NCBI GenBank assembly: GCA_951406725.2
Contig: OX597814.1
Location: forward strand, 196,230,001-196,294,000
Direction: 5' to 3'
Source: Octopus vulgaris
Taxonomy: Eukaryota
Length of the DNA stretch: 64,000 nucleotides
Shown one piece after another: positions 12,096-25,270 of the stretch. Both the position numbers and the translations under genes were made by a program. Under the pieces are notes generated by a model. The model was not told the origin of the DNA. It searched no databases and saw only the letters and a program-made list of their open reading frames with translations. Position 1 is the stretch's first letter; each line of letters opens with the position of its first letter.

Positions 12096-12254
12096 TGTCG
12101 TGTGGATGCCCCCAGACAATGAAGTAGGCTAGCCCAATGCATAGACATAGAGGGAGAAGTCTAGACGCCGTCGAGCAAGCTGAGTAGTAGTAGAGAAAGT
12201 AGACTAGAGCATAGTAGAGTTGAGTGGTGGAGGCATCCGACGTACTACATAACA
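12096..12254. mobile_element. Solo LTR (159 bp)
   Basis: TG...CA termini; 5-bp TSD cattt (12091-12095 and 12255-12259); subterminal inverted ggatgcc/ggcatcc. Confidence 0.65.
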
Positions 12255-12289
12255 CATTTATATACCAATAATCATGGTATGCTCTTTTA

Positions 12290-12713
12290 GGATCTTTTCG
12301 GTTTGAACGGCAGTTTTTTTTAGCAGTGTCATATGAAATTGTCACCCATAATTATGATCCTAGTATCGATCTATTGCATTTCAATCTGTTTTAGAGTTAG
12401 GATTAGGGTTAGGGGTGGGGGAAGAGTATCTTTTTTTCTTCACAAATGTAAATAAACCCAATCTGTTTCTTAAACGAGGGACACATTCATACGGCACAGA
12501 ATATTTTTTTAGCTCAACAGACGTCACTGATTGGTTGAAATTGCAGAAATTGAAGAAAAACAAACAACAAATATCTTACAAACCATAGAATTTTCTCAAT
12601 AAAGCCAAGAGAAAAAGATGTTTTATAAACACATTCTACCAGTATACGAAGTTTAAAATTTTTTAGTTACCTAGAAATTATGTTAAAAACTGCCGTTCAA
12701 ACCGAAAAGATCC
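12290..12713. mobile_element. MITE, Merlin-like (opposite orientation to the 3702 copy)
   Basis: Perfect TIRs ggatcttttcggtttgaacggcagttttt; 8-bp TSD ctctttta (12282-12289 and 12714-12721). Confidence 0.9.
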
Positions 12714-12952
12714 CTCTTTTATGTTAGCAAATGTTAAAAGAAACAGTCTGGTAAAGCAAAGAAAGAGGTAGCTTAGAGCCTATATGGCTGCTGTCTGAGT
12801 GTAACAATGAAAATATACGAGCTCGCTATGAAGCAATTATCCTCGTTCTTATATAAATTGCATTTACAAACCAACTCTCTCTTACTGAGATAAATAATAA
12901 ATAAACAAAAATGTATAGACATGCGTAAATGCATACGCACATATGCACATGT

Positions 12953-13185
12953 GGAAGCACTCCGTCGGTTACGACGATGAGAGCTCCGGTTGATCCGAAT
13001 CAACGGAACAGCCTGCTCGTGAAATTAACGTGTAAGTGGCTGAGCACTCCACAGACACGTGTACCCTTAACGTAGTTAAGGTGTTTTCGCTCAATAAACA
13101 CTCACAACGCCCGGTCTGGGAATCGAAACCGCGATCCTATGACCGCGACTCCGCTGCCCTAACCACTGGGCCATTGCGCCTCCAC
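12953..13185 (-). mobile_element. SINE family B with internal deletion
   Basis: Head and tail of the 15531 family joined near 13077; ~150 bp of body missing. Confidence 0.85.
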
Positions 13186-13483
13186 CACATATGCGCATAT
13201 ATAGAATGTGAATAGGAACTCGAGTTCGTCTATAACCGTGTGGTTTTGGTTTCAGTCCCAATACGCGGTACTTTGAGCAAGTGAGGAACAATAACCCGAG
13301 TTTGACTATTTTTTGGTGAATGAATTTGAAAGAAACACTCCTTTCTGTATACTCTCATTCAATTTATAATTATTTTTCATTTCGCAATATCTTTCCTTAT
13401 CCTTCTCGACCATTGTTAACCAATAAGACAATAAATTTTTTCTTCACATAATAATTTCAGTTCAATGAATTAAATATTTTTCC

Positions 13484-13640
13484 AGTGGCTGTGTGGTAGG
13501 TAGCTTGTTTACCAACCACATGGTTCCGGGTTCAGTCACACTGCGTGGCACCTTGGGCAAGTGTCTTCTACTATAGCTTCGGGCCGACCAAAGCCTTGTG
13601 AGTGGATTTGGTAGACGGAAACTGAAAGAAGCCCGTCGTA

Positions 13641-13671
<31 letters not shown>

Positions 13672-13886
13672 GCATGTGTGTGTTTATGTCTGTGTTTGTC
13701 CTTCTAGCATTGCTTGACAACCGATGCTGGTGTGTTTATGTCCCCGTTACTTAGCGGTTCGTCAAAAGAGAACGATAGAATAAGTACTGGGCTTACAAAA
13801 GAATAAAGTCCCGGGGTCGAGTTGCTCGATTAAAGGCGGTGCTCCAGCATGGCCGCAGTCAAATGACTGAAACAAGTAAAAGAATA
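13484..13886 (+). mobile_element. SINE family A
   Basis: Near-identical to other family A copies. Confidence 0.9.
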
Positions 13887-14447
13887 AAAAAGAAAAAAGA
13901 AAATCACTATCTTAAATATATTAAACACCGCTGGATTACAACAGTTCAGCTTATAAACCGTTCGATCGTACACAAAACCGTATAATCACCATATCTAAAC
14001 ATCTATCTAAACAACAATCATCCTTTTTACAAAAGAGAACAACAAATTTCATTTCGCTTATTTTACGAAAAAATATATACAGGATTTTGTTACTTATCGG
14101 CAATCCAAATTTGCTCACCAGTCAATACGTCGTCATTCATTTACAATATTGGGAAACGTAAATGTGACATTTTCTATTTTGCTCTTCCAAAAATCAAACA
14201 AAGCTATACGCATGTATACGGAAACAATGGAACTGAATTCTAGTTTTTTTTTTTTTGTTTTTGTTCCTATCGAAATCATTCTCTTAATCTAATCTTTTAT
14301 ATGTCCCCGCAAGTTATAGATTCTCCTCTACTCACAAAGACTACATTTCGTTGTTCCTTTCTTTGTTTCTTGTGTTCTATTGAATTCTTCCCAGTGGTTT
14401 TGCTTTCTACACATCTATTCCGTTCCTGTACACTCTATTCACGAATG

Positions 14448-14507
<60 letters not shown>

Positions 14508-14686
14508 GTGTGTGTGTTTGTGTGTATATATATGTGTGTGTATATATATATATATGTACATATATAAATAATATATATATATACATATGTACGTATATAT
14601 ACATATATATAAATACATACATATATACACATATATAAATACATACATTATATATATATACACATAATACATACTTAAATACATAC

Positions 14687-14754
<68 letters not shown>

Positions 14755-15329
14755 GTATGTACTATTTATGATGTATTAGAATTTATGAACAATGCTATCA
14801 TTGGTTTTTATGTTTTTAATAGATTAATCCCCTTTTTACTGTTTCTCTCTGATGGCAACAATGATATATAAAAAAAAGACATCTGTAACTCATTGAGTTT
14901 CATTTTTAAACTGCGGATTTTCCCGATATAGGGCGAACTGTATAAAGACACCCGCATACAAGTACATAGGCACAAGTACACAAAGACACTGACACACAAA
15001 GACGCATGCACACACACACACACACTCACACACGCTCACGGACGGAGGGACTCACATTAATATAATATGTAAGAATACATCAAAAAGGCGCATAATGGAT
15101 ACAGAATTTGAATTTTCCAGTTACCTATTTATCTATGAAGAGCCATTACGAAACACTATTTGGTTCTTCTCTTTTATCCATAACATTGCAGTATGAGCTT
15201 TCAAGCTATACTCCTATCTACAAAGAACTCTTATGAACTCCTGCTTTTCTGATTTCCCTGTGTCTGATTAGTTATATTTATACTCACTTCTCTATAGCTT
15301 CGATGCATTTAATAACTACTTAACCAACT

Positions 15330-15388
15330 TATATTTTAGCGTACTTGAGCCTACGCCAGATAGGCTCAAGTACGCTAAAATATAAGTT
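15330..15388. repeat. Perfect hairpin (~27-bp arms)
   Basis: acttatattttagcgtacttgagccta-cgccaga-taggctcaagtacgctaaaatataagt. Confidence 0.85.
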
Positions 15389-15530
15389 TTTCTCTTGCAC
15401 TCTCTCTTAACAAACACACACACACACACACATCCATACATACAATTCCTAAACATCACCTAGTCTCCACATCCAGTTGTAACTTTCACACTTGATAAAC
15501 TCCGTCGTACATGTACTAGAGCTAATAGCG

Positions 15531-15928
15531 TGGAGGCGCAATGGCCCAGTGGTTAGGGCAGCGGACTCGCGGTCGTAGGATCGTGGTTTCGATTCCCAGA
15601 CCGGGCGTTGTGAGTGTTTATTGAGCGAAAACACCTAAAGCTCCACGAGGCTCCAGTCAGGGGATGGTGGTGATCCCTGCTGTACTCTTTCACCACAACT
15701 TTCTCTCACTCTTACTTCCTGTTTCTGTTGTACCTGTATTTCAAAGGGCCGGCCTTGTCACTCTCTGTGTCACGCTGAATATCCCCGAGAACTACGTTAA
15801 GGGTACAGGTGTCTGTGGAGTGCTCAGCCACTTACACGTTAATTTCACGAGCAGGCTGTTCCGTTGATTCGGATCAACCGGAACCCTCGTCGTTGTAACC
15901 GACGGAGCGCTTCAAGAAAAAAAAAAAA
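15531..15928 (+). mobile_element. tRNA(Arg)-like SINE family B, full length
   Basis: tRNA head with tcgcg loop; A-tail; 12-bp TSD agagctaatagc (15518-15529 and 15929-15940). Confidence 0.92.
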
Positions 15929-15944
15929 AGAGCTAATAGCAACG

Positions 15945-16070
15945 TTTCAAGGTTACCTAACTGAAAAGAAGACCTACATCGGGCTAATCGAAGGCGATTT
16001 CAAAACAGCGGCACATAGACGAAATTAATGTCACTATTTTGGCGAGCAAGTTATGCAGTTTGAAAACAAA
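15945..16070 (+). pseudogene. Small Penelope GIY-YIG remnant
   Basis: KTYIGLIEGDFK...TILASKL motif. Confidence 0.5.
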
Positions 16071-16284
16071 TTACACGCCCAGTCGGTGGGCCACGATTGT
16101 TATGTTTTCCGATATGGTTACCCTTTATTTAGGAAGGGAAACTGCGTATAATATCATTATTATTGAAGATAGCGGACTCAAAATTCACGTGGAATAGTAG
16201 AAATAAACATTAAATACAACTATGTTGTTAAACTTAATGAATATTAAAGTAATTGCAAAAAATAGGAATGAAAGTCAATATACC

Positions 16285-16692
16285 GCAGGAGTGGCTGTGT
16301 GGTAAGTAGCTTGCCTACCAACCACATGGTTCTGGGTTCAGTCCCACTGCGTGGCATCTTGGGCAAGTGTCTTCTGCTATAGCCTCGGGCCGACCAATGC
16401 CTTGTGAGTGGATTTGGTAGACGGAAACTGAAAGAAGCCTGTCGTATATATGTATATATATGTATGTATGTGTATGTATATGTTTGTGTGTCTGTGTTTG
16501 TCCCTCTAGCATTGCTTGACAACCGATGCTGGTGTGTTTACGTCCCCGTCACTTAGCGGTTCGACAAAAGAGACCGATAGAATAAGTACTGGGCTTACAA
16601 AGAATAAGTCCTGGGGTCGATTTGCTCAACTAAAGGCGGTGCTCCAGCATGGCTGCAGTCAAATGACTGATACAAGTAAAGAGTAAAGAGAG
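16285..16692 (+). mobile_element. SINE family A
   Basis: Near-identical to other copies. Confidence 0.9.
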
Positions 16693-17059
16693 TATACTGT
16701 GAAAAAACATAAGAAAATGGACGTTTTTTCAGACAAAGTGGTGAGATTTTCCAATTTGGGGCAATGGAAGATGAAAAATTCACCATGAGTATGGTAAAGA
16801 GGTATAGTTCCTTCATTTCAGTGACATCTAGGGAGTTAGACAAATATTTCCAATGGTTACCTGTATATCCCATATTTCCATTTTTTTAATAGCCTCGAGA
16901 CTCACCTTTACTCTTAAAAAGCTGTTTACCTAATTACCTGACAGGTTGTGCGAATGACAACCAGTGAAAATGTCATCACCATAGACCCAGGAACACTGTG
17001 GTACCATCAAACTAAAGTTGCAGGGGGGGGGGGTGCAACAAAAGTGCACATTTCTGGAT

Positions 17060-17260
17060 CTGGCCCACTGACTAGCCACCTTCAATCAAGAAGAGAATCA
17101 ATGAGGAATCCAAGCCATATCAAAAGGGGGTCTAAGAAATGCTTATACGTAGCAGAAAGATCATATGTTTTTGTTAGATACAAGATTTCCACAACACTAC
17201 TCAGTCCCAGATCTGAAGATTTTAACAGGTACAAATACATGGAAAGGTTTCTTCAAACAG
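17060..17260 (+). pseudogene. Penelope endonuclease C-terminal remnant
   Basis: SKPYQKGSKKCL...AERSYV...LLSPRSE.FNR.KY resembles the PY..GSK.C.LC..EK...LNKRSE...C.H C-terminus. Confidence 0.6.
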
Positions 17261-17699
17261 GCGTACACATCTGCTCCAGATTGAGTAGCTGTCATGTAGA
17301 ATTTCGTATACTTTCTGTTATGTTCCTCTGCACTAGTTACATCAACTATGCTTATGGTTTCTATAGCAAAAGTGGAAGAAAATCTTGATTTTCTTTTCTT
17401 TTCTTGTCTCTCGTTCCTCTTTTTGCGTCAACCTTTTTGGCGTTTTACTTCTCGCTTTTTGTTTTCTCACTTTCTCATCTCAGAGTCCAGCGTCCTGGTT
17501 TTTAAACTATATTTAACGCATGAGACAGTAAATGAAAGATTGCTTGCAGATACATAACCTACTTTATAAATCTGCCAATTTAAAGTGTCGTAAGGATATG
17601 TAACTATTAGCAACTCATCTGAAATTGTATATTAAGTTGATATATATAATATAGAATATATATGTGCACACACTTATAATATATATCTATATATATATA

Positions 17700-17740
<41 letters not shown>

Positions 17741-17770
17741 ATTATATATATATGTACATATATATATGCG

Positions 17771-17845
<75 letters not shown>

Positions 17846-17848
<3 letters not shown>

Positions 17849-18082
17849 AGGCGCAATGGCCTAGTGTGGAGGCGCAATGGCCTAGTGGTTAGGGCAGCGG
17901 ACTTGCGGTCGGAGGATCGCGGTTTCGATTCCCAGACCGGGCGTTGTGTGTGTTTATTGAGCGAAAACACCTAAAAGCTCCACGAGGCTCCGGTAGGAGG
18001 TGGTGATCCCTGCTGTACTCTTTCACCACTCTAAAAGGCGGTGCTCCAGCATGGCCGCAGTCAAATGACTGAAACAAGTACA
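17846..18082 (+). mobile_element. Chimeric SINE: duplicated family B head plus family A tail
   Basis: tggaggcgcaatggcctagtg occurs twice; family B body to ~18029; then aaaggcggtgctccagcatggccgcagtcaaatgactgaaacaagta. Confidence 0.85.
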
Positions 18083-18143
18083 GAAAAAAAAAAAAAAAAA
18101 TATATACATATATGTATGTATATATACATACATATATGTGTAT

Positions 18144-18174
<31 letters not shown>

Positions 18175-18235
18175 ATATACATATATATATATGTGTATTA
18201 TATATATATATATACATATTTATATATGTGTGTAT

Positions 18236-18270
<35 letters not shown>

Positions 18271-18271
18271 G

Positions 18272-18336
<65 letters not shown>

Positions 18337-18337
18337 G

Positions 18338-18376
<39 letters not shown>

Positions 18377-18437
18377 GTATATATGTATATATATATTATA
18401 TATATAACATATATATATATAATATATATATAATATT

Positions 18438-18485
<48 letters not shown>

Positions 18486-18951
18486 CATCTGTGAATATAT
18501 ATATATATATCTATATATTGATACATACGTTTGACATATGTCTGTGTACATACACATACACACACACACGCACGCATGCACATAAACACACACACACACA
18601 CACACACACATGCACACATACACGTATACACATATACATTTATGTCCTTTATTTTTCTCGCCGTCTTGCTCAATCTCCGCGTTGCTTCGGTTAGTAATTC
18701 GTTTATGGAAAGAGAAGAAATCTATGATTCAAAAACGGTTATGACATAAGCAGAAAGAATGCGTTTCTACCAAAGAAAACAGAATCGTCTCATTAGTTGT
18801 ATTCTTTTCGCTACACGTCTTCCAATTAGGTCTCAAAATACAGACATACGCGCGCGCGCGTATTAGTGTGTGTGCGCGCATGCGTGTGTGCATGCGATGA
18901 GTGTATGTATTTCTGCATGTATTTCCATATATGTACGTATGTGCACATGAG

Positions 18952-18990
<39 letters not shown>

Positions 18991-19026
18991 ATTATAATTT
19001 TATATATATATATATATATATACATA

Positions 19027-19062
<36 letters not shown>

Positions 19063-19161
19063 CATATGTACACACACGCACGTACACATATATACACACA
19101 CACACACACATATACATCCATAATTTTCTCAGAATTAATAGAATACAAACATATATTATAT

Positions 19162-19203
<42 letters not shown>

Positions 19204-19254
19204 GTATCACTATGTATATACATGCATGCATATACACATATATATATGTATGTA

Positions 19255-19295
<41 letters not shown>

Positions 19296-20060
19296 AACTG
19301 TGTAAGATTGTGTGCATGTCTGTATGGGTATATATCCTAAGCATTCTTATTTGTATAAGTGGATGTGTCTATATATATATATGTGTGTGTTACTGTGTGT
19401 ATGTTAGTGTGTGTGTGTGTGTTAGTGTGTTTGTGTGTGTGTATGTGTCTTTCATATATATGTCTGTTTGAATAGTTTTCTGTCTGGAAGCGGTACGCTC
19501 ATTAAATTAAGGTGTCAAAAAAGTATGAACAAAAGGCGACAAAATGTTGAGAAATTCAATTTTATAGTATCATTAACGACACATATATTGGTAGCGAGAA
19601 TAAATTATGAGCGCAGAAGGCAGATGCAAGGAGTTGAGAGGGAGTATGTTACTACTGACATATATGAAAGAGGAACGGGGAGGGCAAGGTGCTGTGATAT
19701 GCAGGGGAGAGCATAGAGGAAGAAGGAGTAGGAGGAGTAGGAGTATAAGGAGGAGGAGAAGGAACAGGAAGATGGAAACGGGAGGGAAACTGCAACAGAG
19801 AATCAGGAAACTTCTGAAGAGAACGTTAGAAAGTGGAGGAATGGAATATGTGGGGTGCAATATAGGATTTTAGGGGTTGCGATTTAGGAACAGATTTCAA
19901 TAATGTTAGAGAGGACGGAAGGAATATAAAGAAAATTTTTAAAAATTCAAAAGAAAGAAGAAATAGTGGAAAATGAGTGAAAAGAAAGAATGTATAGGGG
20001 AGGAAATAGAGTCAAGGTTGAAGATTATGGTGGAATGGAGAAATTGGAACAAGAGAGGCA

Positions 20061-20128
20061 GGATTGGAGGACATTCAAAATAGGTCATATATATATATAT
20101 ATGACCTATTTTGAATGTCCTCCAATCC
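20061..20128. repeat. Palindrome centred on (TA)n
   Basis: ggattggaggacattcaaaataggtca-(ta)n-tgacctattttgaatgtcctccaatcc. Confidence 0.85.
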
Positions 20129-20144
20129 ATATATATATATATAT

Positions 20145-21085
20145 AAGTTCAGTAAAATTTAGATTCAGTTGAATATGATAGTTAATTTAAAGGCACCAGA
20201 ATTAAGTATGGTATTATCCATATAATTGAAAATGGGGTGATTACAATAAAAATAAGCAACAAGAATATCCAGAAGTAAGGCGGTACGATCGTTAGTCTAT
20301 ATTTTTATGCATCTGAAGATTGCTCTACATTTTAAAAGTGATGTAATATTTGCATTGTTCAATTAAATGGAGTCGCATGAAACGATCGTACTGCATTACC
20401 TCTGGATATCCTTGTTACTTATTTTGATTATATATGTTATATATATATATATATATATACATACACATATATGTATCCTAGAACTGGAATGCATCACGGG
20501 AAGTTTGTAGCTTATTTCCCCTTCCTATACCTAATTAATTTTAATAAGTTATGCTTCTCTTACACCCTCATCTCTGCTTCTATTATTTTTCTTTCCTTTT
20601 TAATAATGACAAATACACTGTACCTATTGTTAACCGTTTATTATATGTATTGGCCACCCCCTAACCACTTAGACCCTCTGCAGAAGCCTAGGGGTGCACT
20701 CATCATCCAAACTTTGTCTGCACATCCCTACAGAACACTGAAGATACGAAGATGCCACGGAGGATTTTGTTACCTCTTGGCAGAAACGGCTGTAATGAAC
20801 TGATCTTTTGCTCTTTTCTGTAATATTGATACATGTGTGAAAAACATAATGTGTACAACTAAGTAAAATTCTCTATTTATTTGTGCAGCTGATGATAGCA
20901 CTGCATTTAAATTGATGTAATGATTGCATTGTTCAATTAAAACGTTTGAAACGGACGCACCGCATCACTTCTTGATATCCTGTTGCTTATTTTGATTTTA
21001 TTCACCTTACTTCAAGCTGTGCGGATAATACTGGACTGATGTGGTGCTTCAACTTAAGTACCTAATTCAACTGAATCTCAATTAC
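20145..21085. mobile_element. Cluster of Penelope-pLTR-like fragments with three hammerhead-like motifs
   Basis: Motifs at 20307-20396, 20735-20797 and 20883-20965; 20248-20293 is inverted relative to 20381-20426; 20155-20293 is inverted relative to ~20950-21082. Confidence 0.7.
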
Positions 21086-21095
21086 ATACATACAT

Positions 21096-21166
<71 letters not shown>

Positions 21167-21435
21167 TATACACACAAACACTCATATATGTGTGTGTGTA
21201 TATATATATATAGATATATATATACAATGAAGAAATGTATTCCCACGCAGGAAAGAGTTATTAATAAATTCATGCTTTACGATCCTTTAATTTGGCAAAT
21301 TTATAAAGCATCTATCTCCAAGCCATCTTTCATGGTCTTTTCATGTGCTCGATATATTTGAAAGATAGAACGCTGGACTGTGAGAAAGTGAGATAATATA
21401 TATAAATACATTCTACTATTTACTATTTATTTGAT

Positions 21436-21914
21436 GAGCGGTACATCATTTGTACGATGTGGAAAATATACCGCCAACTTTGCCCAAACGACCTAAACAT
21501 TAGCTTCAAGGTTCATCCGAGACTTGGACCACTGGCTATACGTCCCCTGCCAAATTCAAGATCACAACATACATGTACACTGCAACATAATTTCTTTTCC
21601 TCAACAGGCCCTGCCCTATTTAACATTGTCCCGAGGGAGATCAAAGAGGAAAAGGATCCCATCAACTTCAAACAGAGTCTGGATAGATTCCTTCAAAGAA
21701 TACCAGACAAGCCACCCATAATTGGATACAACTCACCCAACAAGAACTCACTACTTGAACAAAACTGGATACAACTCACCCAACAAGAACTCACTACTTG
21801 AACAAAACTTGACTTAAACAGGATTCGAATAATCCTATCAGGTGGTGCTATTAAGTTAGACATGGCCTGGACCAATCTCTGGTCGAAACATATCTAAGTT
21901 TTATCTAAGTTTTA
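21436..21914 (+). pseudogene. CR1-group LINE 3' end
   Basis: ERYIICTMWKI...FFSSTGPALFNIVPREIK...FKQSLDRFLQRIPDKP..GY..NSLLE; terminal (tatctaagttt)2; internal ~42-bp tandem duplication at 21729-21810. Confidence 0.8.
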
Positions 21915-22039
21915 TTGTTTTTGTACTTTATTGATATTTAGAAACAGGTTTTTATAGTATGTTGTCTATATAGTGTGAATGACATCTTTCCTTATTGAAT
22001 TGTTTTATAGAGGTTTTCCTCTAAATTATATATATATAT

Positions 22040-22225
22040 CGCCATGATAGATCGGTAGCCACTACACACATTTTTTCTCTCCTTGTTTTTTTCTGTCTCC
22101 CTTTCTGTAGAGGAGCGTAGGCACGAAACGTAAAATACTTTTTCTATTCCCGAGCGTTATACTAATACATCTGTTTGTTTTGTACACCACTTGTCTTCGT
22201 CTTTTGTTTTTTTCGTGAACTCTCT

Positions 22226-22226
<1 letters not shown>
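22040..22226 (+). mobile_element. Short (TA)n-associated element, family E, with minimal hammerhead-like motif
   Basis: Near-identical copy at 41415-41598; relatives at 25510-25680, 57395-57565, 61230-61430, 61490-61630 and 61790-61995. Confidence 0.75.
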
Positions 22227-22323
<97 letters not shown>

Positions 22324-23147
22324 CTTTTTCCCTGTTAACTAAAGTTCCCGTAGTTTTTATCAGACCCAAGAAATGCTATCTTATATATAGAGAGTTCACA
22401 ACACTCTTTTTATAATTTCAACAACTTCCATTCGTTTATGGCTACGAGCACCATTGTCGCATTGACAGTCTATTACTGACCTTCACTCATATCTCAAACA
22501 TCAGTAATCTCTCGTTGTCGTGGAATTTTGCGGAAGCAGTCCTGTTGCTCCCCGTATAAGCAAACTTTTTCATAGTGCTTGGCATGTGACTTTCTCTTTT
22601 ATCAACTCATCCATCATGATTGGGAGGCATTCTGTCAGTTCACACTACACTGCGTCTTATAATGACAATGCTTTGGACAGAATTACATGCTTGCATTAAC
22701 ACTCCGCTCTCTATGGAATATAGATAATCTCCGATTCTTCTCTACTCTTCTTGAATCTTGGTTGTCTCTTCTGGTTGTCTCCAGTTGAATCGTTTCAGTT
22801 CTGCCTCGGTAACACGCTTACATCTATATTTAGATTGTCCTCTCTTTCACCTCATCTGCATGTTCACATGTTTCATATATGGAAGGACTCTTTCTCCTGT
22901 CTTCTTGGTTTGAATAAATTGTTCTGTAACTTACGTATCACCTAGGTACTGTTGTCGCTATAGCAACCCATATTTCACTTTGGGACGTAATTGATCATAT
23001 TAATATGTCCAGCTTCAGAGGCCTACCAGGCGTTTGCACTCCATTGATACAGCTCTCTTAATTGAGGTACAGAACCTCAATTAAACTGAGAGGACTGGGC
23101 CAGCAACAAGGACTGACCCTTGTGCTTTAATATTCGATAAAAAAAAC

Positions 23148-23637
23148 CTTTTAAAGCATAGCCAGGCTCATGGGCCCGGTTTCCCGGTTTCTATGGCGTA
23201 TGTGTTCCCCAGCTGGACGGGACGCCAGTCCATCGCATCGTTACTCATTTTTGCCAGCTGAGTGGACTGGAGCAACGTGAAATAAAGTGCTTTGCTCGAG
23301 AACACAACGCGTCGCCCGATCCAGGAATCGAAACCACAATCTTACGATCATAATGCTGACACCCTAGCCACGAAGCCACACGCCTATACTGCGCCCTTTT
23401 AAAGCCTAGCCAGGCTCATAGGTCCAGTTTCCCATTTTCTATGGCGTATGTGTTCCCCAGCTGGACAGGACGTCAGTCAATCGCAGCGTTACTCACTTTT
23501 GCCAGCTGAGTTGACTCGAGCAACGTAAAATGAAATGTTTTGCTCAAGAAAACAACGCGTCGCCCGGTCCAGGAATCGAAACCACAATCTTACGATCATG
23601 ATGCTGACACCCTAACCAATAAGCCACGCGCCTCCAC
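23148..23637 (-). mobile_element. Two tandem CORE-type tRNA SINEs
   Basis: Two ~245-bp units (23148-23391 and 23395-23637), each with tRNA head, cttgagcaaaacatttcatttcacgttgctccagtccactcagctg-type core, and a tail related to family C. Confidence 0.85.
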
Positions 23638-23882
23638 TTAATATTTGATAATGATATGAAATTGAGAGACAAAGGTCGATGTCAAAATATTGAAAACTGA
23701 ACAGATATCTGTAAACACAGTTTGCATCATCGACCATTTTTATTTCATTTTGCCTGCAAGACATTTCAATATGAAATGAAAATATTTCCTAGTATTTTAT
23801 TCCGCGATGCAGTTCCTTTTTACCTCAACACAATGATCAGAAATTTATAAGACGCCTTAATTACAAATATGATATATTTATT

Positions 23883-24200
23883 CTTTTATTCTTTTATTTG
23901 TTTGTCATTTGACTGCGCCGTGCTGGAGCACCGTCTTTCTCAAACAAATCGACCCCAGGACTTATTATTTGTAAGCCTTGTACTTATTCAATATTTATAT
24001 TGCTTTTTCTTTGTATCACACAATGGATTGCAGCCATTTAACCCCTTAAAATCCTTCACCGACGTGAAGGGTTTTAATTGAACTAATCGATCCCACTAAT
24101 TATTACTTAAGGCTACAACTTATTCTATCAGTATCTTTTACCAAACCACCAAGTCACGGGGACGTAAACAAGTCAACAGTGGTTGCCATGAAGGACAAAC
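23883..24200 (-). mobile_element. SINE family A 3' portions, degenerate
   Basis: tcatttgactgc..tgctggagcaccg and aagtcacggggacgtaaaca motifs. Confidence 0.7.
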
Positions 24201-24274
24201 ACACACACACACACACGCACACACAGACACAGACACACACACAGACACACACACACACACACACACACACAAAC

Positions 24275-24432
24275 CAGCGTAAGCACATAAATGCGAAACA
24301 AGGGGGAGAAAATAGTACTCGAATACCAGAGGTAGAGCAATATACTTTATTAAAAAGCAGCAAAAATATCACACAAACTGTTACTCAGAGTTTCACATTC
24401 CACTTCGTGATATTTCTGGTGTTTTTCATAAA

Positions 24433-24435
<3 letters not shown>
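24275..24435. mobile_element. Fold-back element family F (Penelope pLTR-like)
   Basis: Homologous to 28515-28700 and 63760-63935; internal inverted repeat around actgttactcagagtttcac. Confidence 0.7.
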
Positions 24436-24471
<36 letters not shown>

Positions 24472-24845
24472 CTCCAGAGGTACGTATAAACATACATACA
24501 TACATGGGGAATATAATCAGGCACGGACAAATAACCGGGAAAAACAGTAGGGGATAAAAACCACGAAGTGTTTGAGTAATATGAAAACTAATCAAAGGTA
24601 AGTATGATACACATGTAAGGTTGTTTGATGACTGGGGAAAATGGACGAAGAAGTTAGCATTTCTTATACATCCCCTACGATCACTCTTGGCTGGTGCTGG
24701 CAACAATTTTCACTTTTAATGGATCCATTTATTTACATCGATTTTCTCATCGATTGCAAACATTTCTAAGATATGTCCTAAAGAATGCTATAAACAAGTG
24801 TTTTTAGATGAATCTTCGAAGTGAAGCTTCGATTGAATGATAATT

Positions 24846-24999
24846 GTAGCTGTGTGGTAAGTAGATTGCTTACCAACAACATGGTTCCGGGTTCAGTCCC
24901 ACTGCGTGGCGCCTTGGGCAAGTGTCTTCTACTTTAGCCTCGGGCCGACCAAAGCCTTGTGAGTGGATATGGTAGACGGAAACTGAAAGAAGCCCGTCG

Positions 25000-25070
<71 letters not shown>

Positions 25071-25270
25071 TTCTGTGTCTGCGTTTGTCCCCCCAGCATC
25101 GTTTGACAACCGATGCTGGTGTCTTTACGTCCCCGTAACCTAGCGATTCGGCAAAAAATCGATAGAATAAGTACTAGGCTTACAGAGAATAAGTCCTGTG
25201 GTCGATTTGCTCGACCAATGGCGGTACTTCAGCATGGCCGCAGTCAAATGACTGAAACAAGTAAAAGAGT
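24846..25270 (+). mobile_element. SINE family A
   Basis: Near-identical to other copies. Confidence 0.9.

Larger units (their letters stand above)
11745..12760 (+). pseudogene. R4/Dong-type endonuclease remnant interrupted by three nested insertions
   Basis: IVEVSFPADVNI..ISEK..IY...LYPDY before 11905; the sequence resumes (IPIIM..) at 12255-12289 and after 12721; homologous to 63240-63505. Confidence 0.7.

Noticed and set aside
15531-15605. tRNA-like sequences at SINE heads
   Set aside because: Acceptor stems are incomplete and each continues into a SINE body with tail and TSD; not tRNA genes.
19540-20060. Purine-rich ORF-bearing region
   Set aside because: Low-complexity GA-rich sequence; no convincing domain.
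22400-22960. Possible minus-strand LINE remnant
   Set aside because: Too degenerate to assign by eye.
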